Counted from the first letter of the stretch, positions 9,416 through 20,489 are shown. The stretch is DNA of 46,138 nt from an uncultured bacterium (GCA_949398915.1 CASLXJ010000003.1:1-46138); one strand, 5' to 3'. Numbers and translations are program-made. The notes: generated from the letters alone by a model not told the origin.

Positions 9416-11641
9416 TTAAATAAACCACTTATCGTTTGTAGGTTTCTTTTCTTTTTTTATAAAACAGAGGGTTTGAGATTCTTTGATGTCAGGGGAAAGT
9501 GTGTAAAAGTTTTCAAATATAACATCTTCTTTTGAGGTTGCAAGTGGAATTGTAATTGTTTGCTTGCCCATTTTGCCAGTTATCTTTTGAACGATTTTTC
9601 CATTTATGATAATATTATAAGTTTCATAGTCTTTTGCGTCAAAGTCAATTATTGCACTGCCATTTTCAACTCGACTGCTAAGCTTTGTTTTTTCAACTTT
9701 TGCGAATTTATTTGAAATGTCGCTTGGAAGATTGAAGGTTGAAAAAAGCTCGGTTTGGGTATATCTGTCTGGAGTAAGCGCATTAGCAAGTGCAACTTTA
9801 TGATTTTCGTCAAGATTTATTCCATCAACTTTTTTCTCGACTATAGAATTTGGTCTTTCAAAGTGCGAATTATCTTCTATTGTTTCAAAATATGCTTTCA
9901 CGATTTCGGTAGGTTGATTGCCACCTGCATAATTGATTGGCTTGTTATCTAAATTTCCAAGCCAGACGCCTACTGTTTGCGCTTTGGTGTAAGAAATATT
10001 CCAAGCGTCAAGATTATCTTTGCTGTTAGGGCGTCCTACGGTGCCTGTTTTTGAGGCTATTTCTGCATTTAATGAAGCAAGCCTTCTTGCTGTTCCGCTT
10101 TTAGCACAAGTTTTAAGCATATCAGTTGTGAGATATGCACTATCTTCTCTTAAAACTCTATTTTTATTTGTCTTATTTATGTAAACAAGTTTGTTGTTTT
10201 TGTCTGTAATAAAGGAAATAAACTTAGGTGATTTATAATATCCATCGCAGGCAAAGGTTGTATATGCGCCTGCCAGTTGTGCGATATTTACTCCATAAGT
10301 CATACCTCCAAGAGCGATTGTATAACTGTCATCTTTTTCATCAAATTTGATGCCCATTTCTTCAGCATAAGCTTTTGCTTTGTCTATTCCAACATAAGAA
10401 AGCACTTTTACTGCTGGGATGTTTATTGACTTTGAAAGAGCTTCTCTTGCGCTTACATAGCCTCTGTATATATTACCAACATTTTTTGGTGTATAGTCTG
10501 CAATTGTGACTTTTTCATCAAGGAGTTGAGTGCAAGGGTATATAATATCTTCATTAAGTGCAGGGGCATAAACCAAAACAGGCTTAATGCAAGAGCCAGG
10601 TTGACGCTTTGCTTCTAAAATTTTATAACTGCTATCTCCAATATAAGCTGATATGGCACATTTGTCATTTTCAATTACAATACCTGCGCTGTCGCAAGAG
10701 ATATCTTGTTTTTTTATGGCATTTGCAAGTGCTTCTTGCTTGACTTCATCTTGATATGTAAAAATCTTATATCCGCTTAGTGCTATCTGTCTTGCAGGCA
10801 TGCCTAAAATATTTTCAGCTTCGTCAATTGCTGCTTGACTGTAAGAGTTTAATTTATTTATCTTATCATTATTTAAATTAAGCTCAAGTTTTTTATTTTT
10901 TGAATTGTTGTAAGTTTCGACACTGATTTTTCCGTCTTTTTCCATTTCTTTAAGCACCAAGTTTCGTCTATTTAGACAATTTTCTTGATGTTTTATTGGT
11001 GAATATTTGACAGGAGACTTAATCATTCCTGCAAGTGTGCAAGATTCCTCAAGAGTGAGGTCGTTTGCACTTTTTGAGAAATAATAATTTGAGGCACTTT
11101 CTATTCCATAACAATTGTTTCCAAAATAGATTACATTTAAATAAAATTCCAAGAGTTTATCCTTGTCATAGATGTTCTCAATTTTTTGAGCAAGAGCAAT
11201 CTCTTTAATCTTTCTTTTATAAGTCTTTTCGCTTGAAAGTTGGGTGTTTTTTATAAGTTGTTGTGTAATTGTTGAAGCGCCTTCTTTAAGCGAACGTGAC
11301 TTAATGTTGTTAAGGCCTGCTTTAGCTATTCTTTTATAATTCACACCATGATGATTATAAAATGTTTTATCTTCAATTGAAACAAACGCCTCTTTGGTGT
11401 ATGGCTGAAGGCTTTCAATGCTGGCATAAGAATGATTTATTTCGTTTTCTTCTTTTATTGGCTTATTTTCATTGTTATAAATATTCAGTGCAAGAGTAGA
11501 AGAGGTGAGAATATCTTCATTTATTGCCATACTTTTTGCATTTACATAGATTGAAGAAATATAAAGTCCCAGTCCTGTAAGTGTAAGGGCCAGCGAAACG
11601 AATATAAAAATAAACAACCATTTAAAAAACTTTTTCATCAT
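9416..11641 (-). CDS. Class A penicillin-binding protein (transglycosylase/transpeptidase), possibly forespore-type
   Basis: N-terminal TM; GT51 motifs EDKTFYNHHG, GASTITQQLIKN, RKIKE, YLNVIYFG; transpeptidase SCIK, SIN, KTG. Confidence 0.93.
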   Translation of the reverse strand: MMKKFFKWLFIFIFVSLALTLTGLGLYISSIYVNAKSMAINEDILTSSTLALNIYNNENKPIKEENEINHSYASIESLQPYTKEAFVSIEDKTFYNHHGVNYKRIAKAGLNNIKSRSLKEGASTITQQLIKNTQLSSEKTYKRKIKEIALAQKIENIYDKDKLLEFYLNVIYFGNNCYGIESASNYYFSKSANDLTLEESCTLAGMIKSPVKYSPIKHQENCLNRRNLVLKEMEKDGKISVETYNNSKNKKLELNLNNDKINKLNSYSQAAIDEAENILGMPARQIALSGYKIFTYQDEVKQEALANAIKKQDISCDSAGIVIENDKCAISAYIGDSSYKILEAKRQPGSCIKPVLVYAPALNEDIIYPCTQLLDEKVTIADYTPKNVGNIYRGYVSAREALSKSINIPAVKVLSYVGIDKAKAYAEEMGIKFDEKDDSYTIALGGMTYGVNIAQLAGAYTTFACDGYYKSPKFISFITDKNNKLVYINKTNKNRVLREDSAYLTTDMLKTCAKSGTARRLASLNAEIASKTGTVGRPNSKDNLDAWNISYTKAQTVGVWLGNLDNKPINYAGGNQPTEIVKAYFETIEDNSHFERPNSIVEKKVDGINLDENHKVALANALTPDRYTQTELFSTFNLPSDISNKFAKVEKTKLSSRVENGSAIIDFDAKDYETYNIIINGKIVQKITGKMGKQTITIPLATSKEDVIFENFYTLSPDIKESQTLCFIKKEKKPTNDKWFI

Positions 11642-11757
11642 TTGTTATTATGTATAAGTTTTAACAAATTATTTCACTTAAATTAAATTTTTATTTGAAA
11701 ATTTGCCTTTTTTATTGTATAATCTAACATATATAGACATTTTTAAAAGAGGAAATA

Positions 11758-12882
11758 ATGAAATATTATATAGTTACTTATGGATGCCAGATGAATGTGC
11801 ATGAATCGGAAAAAATTGCGGGTATTTTAGAGAAAATGGGTTATTCTGTTGCTGATACACGAGAAGAAGCTGACATAATTGTTTTCAACACTTGTGCGAT
11901 AAGAGAAGGGGCTGAAGATCGTGTTTTTGGCAATGTTGGAAATTTAAAAAAGCAGAAGAAAAAGAATAAAAATTTGATTATCGCTGTTTGTGGGTGTATG
12001 ACGCAAAAAAGTCAAACTGCTGAAAAGCTTTTAAACACCTTTCCTTTTGTTGATATAGTAATAGGCACTTTCAATCTGTCAAAGTTTGAATATTATATTG
12101 AAGCTGTAAAAAAGGGCAGACAACTTGAAATTCTCGAAGAAGGTGACATTGATGAAAGCCTTCCATATCAAAGGACAAGCGGTGAAAATGCTTGGGTCAA
12201 TATCATGCAGGGCTGTAATAATTTCTGCACATATTGTATCGTGCCGTATGTGAGAGGACGCGAAAAATCACGCAAGAGCGAGAATATTTTAAAGGAAATT
12301 AAAAAAGTTGTTGACAGCGGAAAATATAAAAAGATCACTCTTCTTGGTCAAAATGTAAACTCTTATGGAAAAGATTTGAAAGATGGTCTTTCTTTTGCTC
12401 AACTTTTAAAGGAAATATGCAAGATTGAAGGAGAATTTACTCTGTCGTTTATGACCTCTCATCCAAAGGATTTGACTGATGAAGTGATTGATGTTATTGC
12501 AAACGAGCCAAAGATTGAAAAATATATTCATCTTCCTGCACAAAGCGGAAACAACAGAATTTTAAAACTGATGAATAGAAGTTATACTCGTGAAAAATAT
12601 CTTTCAATTATTGAGAAAATACGAGAGAAAATTCCAAACTGCCGAATTACGTCTGATTTTATTGTAGGTTTTCCGACAGAAACAGAAGAAGAATTTGAAG
12701 ATACATACAGCCTTGTAAAAGAGGTTAAGTTTGACAGCATATTTGCTTTCATGTATTCTTCTCGTGAAGGCACTGTTGCCAGTCGCATGGATGGACATAT
12801 TGATGAAAGTATCAAGCATAAGAGAGTAAACAAGCTTCTTAAACTTGAAAAAGAAATACAGAAAGAGGAGGGAAAAAGATGA
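11758..12882 (+). CDS. miaB: tRNA methylthiotransferase MiaB lacking the C-terminal TRAM domain
   Basis: TYGCQMNVHESE, NTCAIRE, CNNFCTYC, LLGQNVNSYG, SDFIVGFP; only 374 aa; miaB-mutS-mutL-miaA synteny. Confidence 0.88.
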   Translation: MKYYIVTYGCQMNVHESEKIAGILEKMGYSVADTREEADIIVFNTCAIREGAEDRVFGNVGNLKKQKKKNKNLIIAVCGCMTQKSQTAEKLLNTFPFVDIVIGTFNLSKFEYYIEAVKKGRQLEILEEGDIDESLPYQRTSGENAWVNIMQGCNNFCTYCIVPYVRGREKSRKSENILKEIKKVVDSGKYKKITLLGQNVNSYGKDLKDGLSFAQLLKEICKIEGEFTLSFMTSHPKDLTDEVIDVIANEPKIEKYIHLPAQSGNNRILKLMNRSYTREKYLSIIEKIREKIPNCRITSDFIVGFPTETEEEFEDTYSLVKEVKFDSIFAFMYSSREGTVASRMDGHIDESIKHKRVNKLLKLEKEIQKEEGKR

Positions 12883-15491
12883 TTATCGACAAAGAAAAAC
12901 TCTCGCCTGGAATGCGTCAGTATTTTGATGTAAAAGAAAAGTATAGTGATTGCATTCTTTTAAATAGAATGGGTGACTTTTATGAAATGTTTTTTGAGGA
13001 TGCAATTACCGCTTCAAGAGAGCTTGACCTTATTTTAACAGGTAAAAAATGCGGCCTTGAAGAAAAAGCACCAATGTGTGGCGTGCCTTATCATGCCGTG
13101 CAAACTTATATTTCAAAACTTGTTGCGAATGGTCATAAGGTTGCTATCTGCGAGCAGCTTACACAACCTGTGCCTGGCAAAAATGTCATGCTTGAGCGAG
13201 ATGTAGTAAGGGTAATCACTCCAGGAACAATCATCGAAGAAGAGATGCTTGAGGGGCAAAAAAACAACTATCTTTTATCAGTATATAAATCTAGTGATAA
13301 GATGGGTGTGAGCTATGTTGACATTTCAACTGGCGAATTTGATGTAATGTCAATTAAAGAAAATTATGAAAATGAAATAAGCGACCTTATTGCCAGAATT
13401 TCACCATCAGAAATCATTGGAAATGATGAAAGTGAAGGATTTTACAACAATCTTGCAATAATGAAGCTTGGAAATGTAAAAAAACTCAACAAGTTTTACG
13501 ATTGGGCTTACAACAAAAAGACAGCTATAGAACTTTTAAAAGAGCAGTTTGGCGAAAACTTTGACAGTGTGTTTGATATTAAAGGTAATGATGGAATTAT
13601 ATGCAGCAGTGGTGCTCTTTTGCAATATTTAAAAGACACGCAAAAGAAACTTCTTGTCAATATCAATAAAATCAATGTGGTAAGAAATTCAAACTACATG
13701 ACAATCGACCTTAATACAAGACGAAATCTTGAGATTGTTGAAACAAACAGAGAGCGTAAAAAATATGGCTCTATTTTGTGGGTGCTTGACAAGACTAAAA
13801 CAAGTATGGGTGCAAGAAGGCTGAGAAAAATGCTTGATGAGCCTCTTCAAAACAGCAAGGAAATCAATAATCGGCTAGATGGCGTTGAAGAGCTTGTTAA
13901 GAAAATCATAATGAGAGATAGGCTCTGTGAAATATTGAGCGGTTTATTTGATATTGAAAGACTTACTGGCAAAATCGCTTTTGGAAATGTGACTCCAAAA
14001 GATTTACTGACTTTAGGATATTCTTTAAATAATGTGCCAAGCATTAAAAAAGAGCTTGAAGGGGCAAAAAGTCCACTTCTTGTTGATATAAGAGAAAAAC
14101 TTGTTGATGTAGGCGATATTGCCGACATGATAAGTCGTGCAATAGATGAAAAAGCAAGTGCCGTAATGAAGACTGGTGGTTACATTCAAAGTGGTTTTAA
14201 TAAAGAGCTTGACGAATATCGCTCAGCGCAAAAAATGGCTAAGAAATGGATTGCAGATCTCGAAACAAAGGAAATTGAAGAGACTGGAATTAAAAATCTG
14301 AAAATCAATTTCAACAAAGTTTTTGGATATTACATTGAAGTCAACAGAAGCCAAATAGATAAAGTCCCTCTTCGTTATATAAGAAAACAGACAGTTGTAA
14401 ATAATGAGAGATATATAACTGAAGATTTGAAAGTTATTGAAGAAAAAGTGCTTGGCTCTGAAGAAAAAGCACTTCAACTTGAAAGTGAAATCTTTGCTCA
14501 GATTAAAAAATTGTTGCTTAAATATGTTTCTACTTTCCAGCAAATTGCTTCGGCAATCGCTCAGCTTGATGCGCTGTTGTCACTTGCTGTAGTGGCTGTT
14601 AAAAATGGTTTTTGCAAGCCAAGCATAACCAGTCATACAACTCAGCTTAAAATTATTGAAGGCAGACATCCTGTCGTTGAACAATTTTTGCAGAAAGGGC
14701 AGTTTGTAGAAAATGACACCTTCCTTGATGATAATGAAAATAAAATAATGATTATTACTGGGCCAAATATGGCTGGTAAAAGCACCTATATGCGCCAAGT
14801 GGCAATAATCACACTTCTTGCTCATATAGGAAGTTTCGTGCCTGCAAAAGAAGCCTGTGTGCCTATTACAGACCGCATTTTCACCAGAGTAGGAGCAAGT
14901 GATGACCTTGCTTTTGGCCAAAGTACCTTTATGGTTGAAATGAGCGAGGTGGCACTTATTCTTGCCAATGCAACAGATAAGAGCTTGGTTGTGCTTGATG
15001 AAATAGGAAGGGGAACTTCAACTTTTGACGGGTTAAGCATAGCTTGGTCTGTGGTTGAACATCTTTCAAATCGTTATCATTCAAAAACACTATTTGCAAC
15101 TCATTATCACGAGCTGACTGAATTGGAAGGCGTTTTGGATGGAGTAAAAAATTATAAAATCGCTGTCAAAGAGATTGATGATAAGGTTGTATTCTTGCGT
15201 AAAATTGTCCGTGGCGGCGCAAATAAGAGCTTTGGTGTTGAAGTTGCAAGACTTGCGGGACTGCCAGATGTGGTGCTTGACAGAGCAAAAGAAATATCTG
15301 AAAATTTGGAAGCTGTGAATGAAAAGCTTGATATGAATATTTTTAAAGAAAAGAGAACTCAAGCAGAAGGAAATACAAAACTTGCACTTAATATTCTTTC
15401 AATTTTAAAAGATATTGATATGAATAGGGTGTCTCCAATGCATGCCTTTGATGTGCTGGCCGACCTTGTAAGTAAAGTGAAGGAGGATTAA
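12879..15491 (+). CDS. mutS: DNA mismatch repair protein MutS
   Basis: MGDFYEMF, GPNMAGKSTYMRQ, DEIGRGTST, FATHYHEL. Confidence 0.98.
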   Translation: MIIDKEKLSPGMRQYFDVKEKYSDCILLNRMGDFYEMFFEDAITASRELDLILTGKKCGLEEKAPMCGVPYHAVQTYISKLVANGHKVAICEQLTQPVPGKNVMLERDVVRVITPGTIIEEEMLEGQKNNYLLSVYKSSDKMGVSYVDISTGEFDVMSIKENYENEISDLIARISPSEIIGNDESEGFYNNLAIMKLGNVKKLNKFYDWAYNKKTAIELLKEQFGENFDSVFDIKGNDGIICSSGALLQYLKDTQKKLLVNINKINVVRNSNYMTIDLNTRRNLEIVETNRERKKYGSILWVLDKTKTSMGARRLRKMLDEPLQNSKEINNRLDGVEELVKKIIMRDRLCEILSGLFDIERLTGKIAFGNVTPKDLLTLGYSLNNVPSIKKELEGAKSPLLVDIREKLVDVGDIADMISRAIDEKASAVMKTGGYIQSGFNKELDEYRSAQKMAKKWIADLETKEIEETGIKNLKINFNKVFGYYIEVNRSQIDKVPLRYIRKQTVVNNERYITEDLKVIEEKVLGSEEKALQLESEIFAQIKKLLLKYVSTFQQIASAIAQLDALLSLAVVAVKNGFCKPSITSHTTQLKIIEGRHPVVEQFLQKGQFVENDTFLDDNENKIMIITGPNMAGKSTYMRQVAIITLLAHIGSFVPAKEACVPITDRIFTRVGASDDLAFGQSTFMVEMSEVALILANATDKSLVVLDEIGRGTSTFDGLSIAWSVVEHLSNRYHSKTLFATHYHELTELEGVLDGVKNYKIAVKEIDDKVVFLRKIVRGGANKSFGVEVARLAGLPDVVLDRAKEISENLEAVNEKLDMNIFKEKRTQAEGNTKLALNILSILKDIDMNRVSPMHAFDVLADLVSKVKED

Positions 15492-15497
15492 AATTTA

Positions 15498-17522
15498 ATG
15501 AAAATAAATGTATTGACTCCAAATGTATACAACAGAATATCTGCTGGAGAGGTGGTTGAAAGACCTGCCTCAATTGTTAAAGAGCTTGTAGAAAACAGCA
15601 TTGACGCCGGTGCAAAGAATATAAGAATTGAAATTGAAGGCGGTGGAATTAAAAATATAACCATATCTGATGATGGCTGCGGAATAGATAAAGAAGATAT
15701 TACAGTTGCCTTTCTGCCTCATGCGACCAGCAAAATTAAAGAGGCTGATGACCTTGACAACATAATGAGTCTTGGTTTTAGAGGGGAGGCTCTTGCTAGT
15801 ATTGCTGCTGTTTGCCAAGTGAAACTTTCTTCAAAAACTGCTGAAAGTGTGACAGGTTATTCAATTAAAGTTGATGGAGGGCAGTTTGGGCAAGTATGCG
15901 AAATTGCTCGTTCTAAGGGCACAACTATAAGCTGCTCAAACTTGTTTTTCAATACTCCAGTAAGAGCAAAATTTTTAAGAAAACCTAAGACAGAAGAGGC
16001 GGAAATAACCCATCTTGTAGAGCGTCTTATGCTTTCTTTCAGTGATATTGCTTTTCAGTATTATGTTGATGGCAAACAGATATATAATACATTATCCTGT
16101 AGTATGTCTGACATAATATATACTATATATGGAAAAGAGATATATGACAATTTGGTTGAAGTCAATTATGAAGAGTTTGGAATAAAGGTCACTGGCTATG
16201 TCACAAAACCTAAAATTTCAAAAAGCAATCGCACCTATCAAACACTGTTTGTAAACAATAGATACGTTGAAAATCAACTTGTTTCTGCATGCGTGTCAAA
16301 TATTTATTCAACTTTTCTTATGAAAGGAAGATTTCCTGTTTATGTGCTTTCTTTGACTGTGCCACCTGAAAATGTAGATGTCAATGTTCATCCATCAAAG
16401 CGAGAGGTTAAGTTTGACAATTCAAACAAAATCTATGGGCTTGTGTCTAGGGCTATTGAAAAAGCACTTCTTGCAACTGACCAAATTCAAAACTTTTTAT
16501 CAGCTGGCTATCAAGATGATATAGAGAATTTGACTATATTTGTTGAAGAGCCTAGAGCGAACGGTGGTAATATTTCGAGTCAATCTCAAAAAGAGAATGC
16601 TATTTCAGCAGAAAACAATTTGAGACAGGAAGCGGATAAAAGACAAAATACAAATGCTATAAATAATGGATCTAGCTTTGGCAAAAGCTTTAATGAAAAT
16701 CAAAATAGTGAACAGTATGATTTTAATGATAAAGTTGAAGTTAAAGAAGTTGAAATTGAAAATTTAGGTCAAAATAGCAATAAGAGTGAGAATGAAATTG
16801 ACATAAATCAAGATTTGAAAGCCCTTGAAAACATGTCAATCAAAGACGCTTATAAAGACAACAAAAACAAATCAGTTTTCTTTTTCGACCAATCTGGAGA
16901 AAAGTTTACAAGAGATATTGAAAATGAAACAAAAAGTTTTTTAGAGGCAAGTGTAAAGGATGAAATGAAAATTCTTGGCACAATCTTTAAAACCTACATT
17001 GCAATTGAATATGATGATGCAGTGTATTTTATTGACCAACATGCCGGTCATGAGCGTTTATTGTATGATAAACTTGTAAAAACTGTAAATGAAAACAACA
17101 GCGCAAAGCAGCAACTGCTTGCTCCTTATGTATTCACAGTTGGCGCTAAAGAGTCGCAATCGATTGATTTGCTGATGCCAAGCCTTAAAAATATTGGCTT
17201 TGAAATGACAAAAAACAATTTTACTTATAGTATTACTGAAGTGCCATATCTATTGGCTTATATAAATTTATCAAAGTTTGTAGATGAAATTGTTTCTGAA
17301 AGTGTAAACCTTGAAGGAAAGGCAAGCGATTATATTCATTCAAAATTATGCCAATCAGCTTGCAAACACGCAATCAAAGCAGGTGATACAATAAGCAATG
17401 ATGAGTGCGCTTATATTATAGAAGAGGTCAGAAAGGGCGTTATGCTTTGCCCACATGGTAGACCAATTACTCTTGTTATCACAAAACGCGAGTTTGAAAA
17501 GATGTTTAAAAGGATAGTATAG
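15498..17522 (+). CDS. mutL: DNA mismatch repair endonuclease MutL
   Basis: GEVVERPAS..KELVENSIDA, GFRGEALASI, VDVNVHPSKREV, DQHAGHER, SACK, CPHGRP. Confidence 0.98.
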   Translation: MKINVLTPNVYNRISAGEVVERPASIVKELVENSIDAGAKNIRIEIEGGGIKNITISDDGCGIDKEDITVAFLPHATSKIKEADDLDNIMSLGFRGEALASIAAVCQVKLSSKTAESVTGYSIKVDGGQFGQVCEIARSKGTTISCSNLFFNTPVRAKFLRKPKTEEAEITHLVERLMLSFSDIAFQYYVDGKQIYNTLSCSMSDIIYTIYGKEIYDNLVEVNYEEFGIKVTGYVTKPKISKSNRTYQTLFVNNRYVENQLVSACVSNIYSTFLMKGRFPVYVLSLTVPPENVDVNVHPSKREVKFDNSNKIYGLVSRAIEKALLATDQIQNFLSAGYQDDIENLTIFVEEPRANGGNISSQSQKENAISAENNLRQEADKRQNTNAINNGSSFGKSFNENQNSEQYDFNDKVEVKEVEIENLGQNSNKSENEIDINQDLKALENMSIKDAYKDNKNKSVFFFDQSGEKFTRDIENETKSFLEASVKDEMKILGTIFKTYIAIEYDDAVYFIDQHAGHERLLYDKLVKTVNENNSAKQQLLAPYVFTVGAKESQSIDLLMPSLKNIGFEMTKNNFTYSITEVPYLLAYINLSKFVDEIVSESVNLEGKASDYIHSKLCQSACKHAIKAGDTISNDECAYIIEEVRKGVMLCPHGRPITLVITKREFEKMFKRIV

Positions 17523-17526
17523 TTTA

Positions 17527-18426
17527 ATGGAAAAAGTTATTATCCTTATGGGCGCGACAGGGGTTGGCAAGAGTGAAACTTCAATCAAACTTGCAAAAAA
17601 GTTTGATATGGAAATAATTTCAGCAGACTCAGTGCAAATATACAAAGAGTTTGATATAGGCTCTGCCAAGCTTAAACAAGAGGAAATGTCAAATGTAAAG
17701 CATTATGGCATAGATTTGATTGAAGCTGACAAAGAATTTACTGTGAGTGATTTTGTTGAGTTTACAAAGACGAAAATCGATGAAATATCTCAAAAGAACA
17801 AACTTCCAATGATAGTTGGAGGTACAGGCCTTTATGTGAAATCACTTGTTGAAGGTTATAATTTTGGTGGAACGGCAAAACAAACTGAGTTAAGACAGGA
17901 GCTTGAGGCATATTATGACAACTTTGGACTTGAAAAACTCGTTGAAAGACTTCAAAAGCTTTCTCCAGAGCTTGCAAAAAAAGTTGATTGTAAAAATAAG
18001 GCAAGAGTGATAAGAGCAATTGAAATTGCCACCTATGGAGGCGAAAAACTCAGTCAAAAGAATGATAAATATGATTTTAAAATAATTGCTCTAAACATGC
18101 CTAGAGAGCTTTTGTATGAAAGAATCAACAAACGCTGTGAAAAAATGCTGCAACAAGGGCTGATAGAAGAAGTAAGAAAGCTCTATGAAAAATATGGAGA
18201 GTGCCAGCCAATGCGGGCAATAGGTTATAAAGAGGTTTTGCCTTATCTCAAAGGTGAGATAACAGAAGAACAAATGAAAGAGCTTATCAGTCAGCATACT
18301 CGCAATTATGCAAAAAGACAACTTACATTTATGCGAGGAATGGAGAATATTGAATATTTTGATGTGACTGAAAGCGGTTATTATGAAAGAATAGAGGAGA
18401 GTATAAAACAATGGCTTATACAATAA
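17527..18426 (+). CDS. miaA: tRNA dimethylallyltransferase MiaA
   Basis: GATGVGKS, SADSVQIYK..DIGSAK, VGGTGLY, AIGYKE, TRNYAKRQ. Confidence 0.97.
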   Translation: MEKVIILMGATGVGKSETSIKLAKKFDMEIISADSVQIYKEFDIGSAKLKQEEMSNVKHYGIDLIEADKEFTVSDFVEFTKTKIDEISQKNKLPMIVGGTGLYVKSLVEGYNFGGTAKQTELRQELEAYYDNFGLEKLVERLQKLSPELAKKVDCKNKARVIRAIEIATYGGEKLSQKNDKYDFKIIALNMPRELLYERINKRCEKMLQQGLIEEVRKLYEKYGECQPMRAIGYKEVLPYLKGEITEEQMKELISQHTRNYAKRQLTFMRGMENIEYFDVTESGYYERIEESIKQWLIQ

Positions 18427-19643
18427 AAGACGCCGAAAAGAAGTTGCAAACTCAGTTTGAGAGAATTGATGAAATTGCATATATAAATCAAAAAAAGGTG
18501 CTGGATGCATTTATTGAGCTTAAAGTTTCATCACAATGCTTTAATGGAAGCACTGGCTATGGTCATGGCGACATAGGAAAAGAGACTTTGGCAAATCTTT
18601 ACGCAAAAGTGCTTGGCGGTGAAAGTGCAATAATTTCGCCTCTGCTTACTTGCGGAACGCATGCAATAACAACTGCCTTATTTGGTCTTCTTAGAAGAGG
18701 GGACACAATGCTTGCAGTTACTGGACTTCCTTATGACACCATTCATGAAAGTATTTTTGGCAAAGATAATGGCTCACTGGAAGATTATGGCGTGACTTAT
18801 AAGCAGGTAGAGCTTTTAAAAGATGGTCAATTGGATTATGAGAAGATTTGTAAGATTGTAAAAAAAGAAAAGCCTAAAATGGTTTATCTTCAACGCTCAA
18901 GAGGTTATAGTGACAGAAAAGCAATATCTCCATTTGACATGAAACCTCTTTTTGAGGAAGTAAAGAAACTTTCTCCAAATACTTTTATTGTCGTTGACAA
19001 CTGTTATGGTGAATTTGTTGACACTATAGAGCCAACCAATGTCGGCGCTGATGTAATTATGGGCTCACTAATCAAAAACCCAGGCGGCGGAATTGCTCCA
19101 ACAGGTGGATATATTGTGGGCAGCGAAAAGGCAATTGATATGATTGCGACCAGATTTACAAATCCATCTTTGAAATTGGATATTGGCTCTTACGAAGCGG
19201 GTTATAGACTGTTTTATCAGGGCTTTTTCCTTTCACCTCATGTGGTTGCACAAGCATTGAAAGGAAGTCTGCTGATAGGTCAAATTATGGAAGATAAGGG
19301 CTATCAAATAGTGCCTGCAAATGACGAAAAACCTCAAGATATTATTAAATCAATAGTGTTTAACACCGAACAAGAGCTTATTAAATTTGTTCAAACAGTG
19401 CAAACTATTTCTCCTGTTGATGGATACGCATTGCCTATGCCTTGGGATATGCCAGGCTATAAAGATAAAGTCATTATGGCGGCTGGAACATTTGTAGGAG
19501 GGGCGTCGATAGAGCTTTCTTGCGACAGTCCTATAAGAGCGCCATATATTGCTTACTTTCAAGGTGGGCTTACTTATGAGCATGTAAAGGTATTTGCACA
19601 AAAGCTTATAGACGACCCTATGTTTGCTGGCAATAAAAATTAA
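18411..19643 (+). CDS. Methionine gamma-lyase-family / aluminium-resistance-type PLP protein (YnbB-like)
   Basis: STGYG, GTHAI, QRSRGY, VDNCYGEF, GSLIKNPGGGIAPTGGY, MAAGTFVGGASIELSCD. Confidence 0.9.
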   Translation: MAYTIKDAEKKLQTQFERIDEIAYINQKKVLDAFIELKVSSQCFNGSTGYGHGDIGKETLANLYAKVLGGESAIISPLLTCGTHAITTALFGLLRRGDTMLAVTGLPYDTIHESIFGKDNGSLEDYGVTYKQVELLKDGQLDYEKICKIVKKEKPKMVYLQRSRGYSDRKAISPFDMKPLFEEVKKLSPNTFIVVDNCYGEFVDTIEPTNVGADVIMGSLIKNPGGGIAPTGGYIVGSEKAIDMIATRFTNPSLKLDIGSYEAGYRLFYQGFFLSPHVVAQALKGSLLIGQIMEDKGYQIVPANDEKPQDIIKSIVFNTEQELIKFVQTVQTISPVDGYALPMPWDMPGYKDKVIMAAGTFVGGASIELSCDSPIRAPYIAYFQGGLTYEHVKVFAQKLIDDPMFAGNKN

Positions 19644-19831
19644 ACCTTTAAATGCTGCGCTATTGCAATCAATGTAAAACTTTATTGTTTGAAAGAAAAA
19701 TAAAATAAGATCGAATAGAGAAATTTATTCTTTCTTTTTTTATATTTAATCACATTTTTTTAAAGTCTAATTTGCATTATATGATATTTGATTTTGTGTT
19801 CTTTTTTTTAAAAAATAACATAAATTACAAT

Positions 19832-20446
19832 ATGACATATAAATCTAAAAATCGACAATTTAAGGAAGAGGCAAGGTTTGCCTTTGATATTTTAAAAGAA
19901 TCAAAAATAAAGACTATTATTGTTTCTGTGGTTGTTTTGATTGCTCTGCTTACTGGAATTATCGTTGCTGCGCGCACGCATACAGCCTTTGCAAGTATTG
20001 ATAATTATGGAATTATTGATGTGAAAACGGGGACTCTTACGACCACTTTTTTTACAAGATTTTTCTCAATGCTTTTTATAGGTTTGATTTTGCTTGGATG
20101 TTCTTTTTCAGTATATCTTTTTCCAATTGGAGTGGTCTTTATAGCATATAGGGCATATCTTCTTGGGCTTAACATCTGTCTCATGATTGTTCATTATGGT
20201 TTTTCTGGTGTGATAGTCACAATCATTGTGGCATTTCCATGTCAGCTTATAGCACTGGCTCTTATGTGTTTGTTTTTCATTTTAATGTCAAAAACAATAA
20301 AAGATTTTAAATGTTTTGGTGGCTGTAGGGTGCCAAAACAGAGAATGAAAATAATTATTTGTGGTCTTTTATGCCTTTTAATTATTTGTATATTCGAGTC
20401 ATTGCTGCTTTTACTTTTCAGTGCAAAGGTAATTCTTGTCATTTAG
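19832..20446 (+). CDS. spoIIM: Stage II sporulation protein M-like membrane protein
   Basis: About 5 TM helices, YRAYLLG segment resembling SpoIIM, position upstream of dacF, SigE-like CATAAATT before ATG 19832. Confidence 0.65.
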   Translation: MTYKSKNRQFKEEARFAFDILKESKIKTIIVSVVVLIALLTGIIVAARTHTAFASIDNYGIIDVKTGTLTTTFFTRFFSMLFIGLILLGCSFSVYLFPIGVVFIAYRAYLLGLNICLMIVHYGFSGVIVTIIVAFPCQLIALALMCLFFILMSKTIKDFKCFGGCRVPKQRMKIIICGLLCLLIICIFESLLLLLFSAKVILVI

Positions 20447-20460
20447 TTTTAATTTGTTTT

Positions 20461-20489
20461 GCATAAAATTTCTTCTATTGTAAAAACTA
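20461..20489 (+). promoter_or_regulatory. Putative SigF/SigG promoter of dacF
   Basis: GCATA-N17-AAAACTA upstream of the AGGAG SD. Confidence 0.6.

Noticed and set aside
16098-16120. GTAGTATGTCTGACATAATAT in mutL resembling the 38-bp palindrome
   Set aside because: Only about 12 bp shared, different arm spacing, and inside coding sequence; probably chance.
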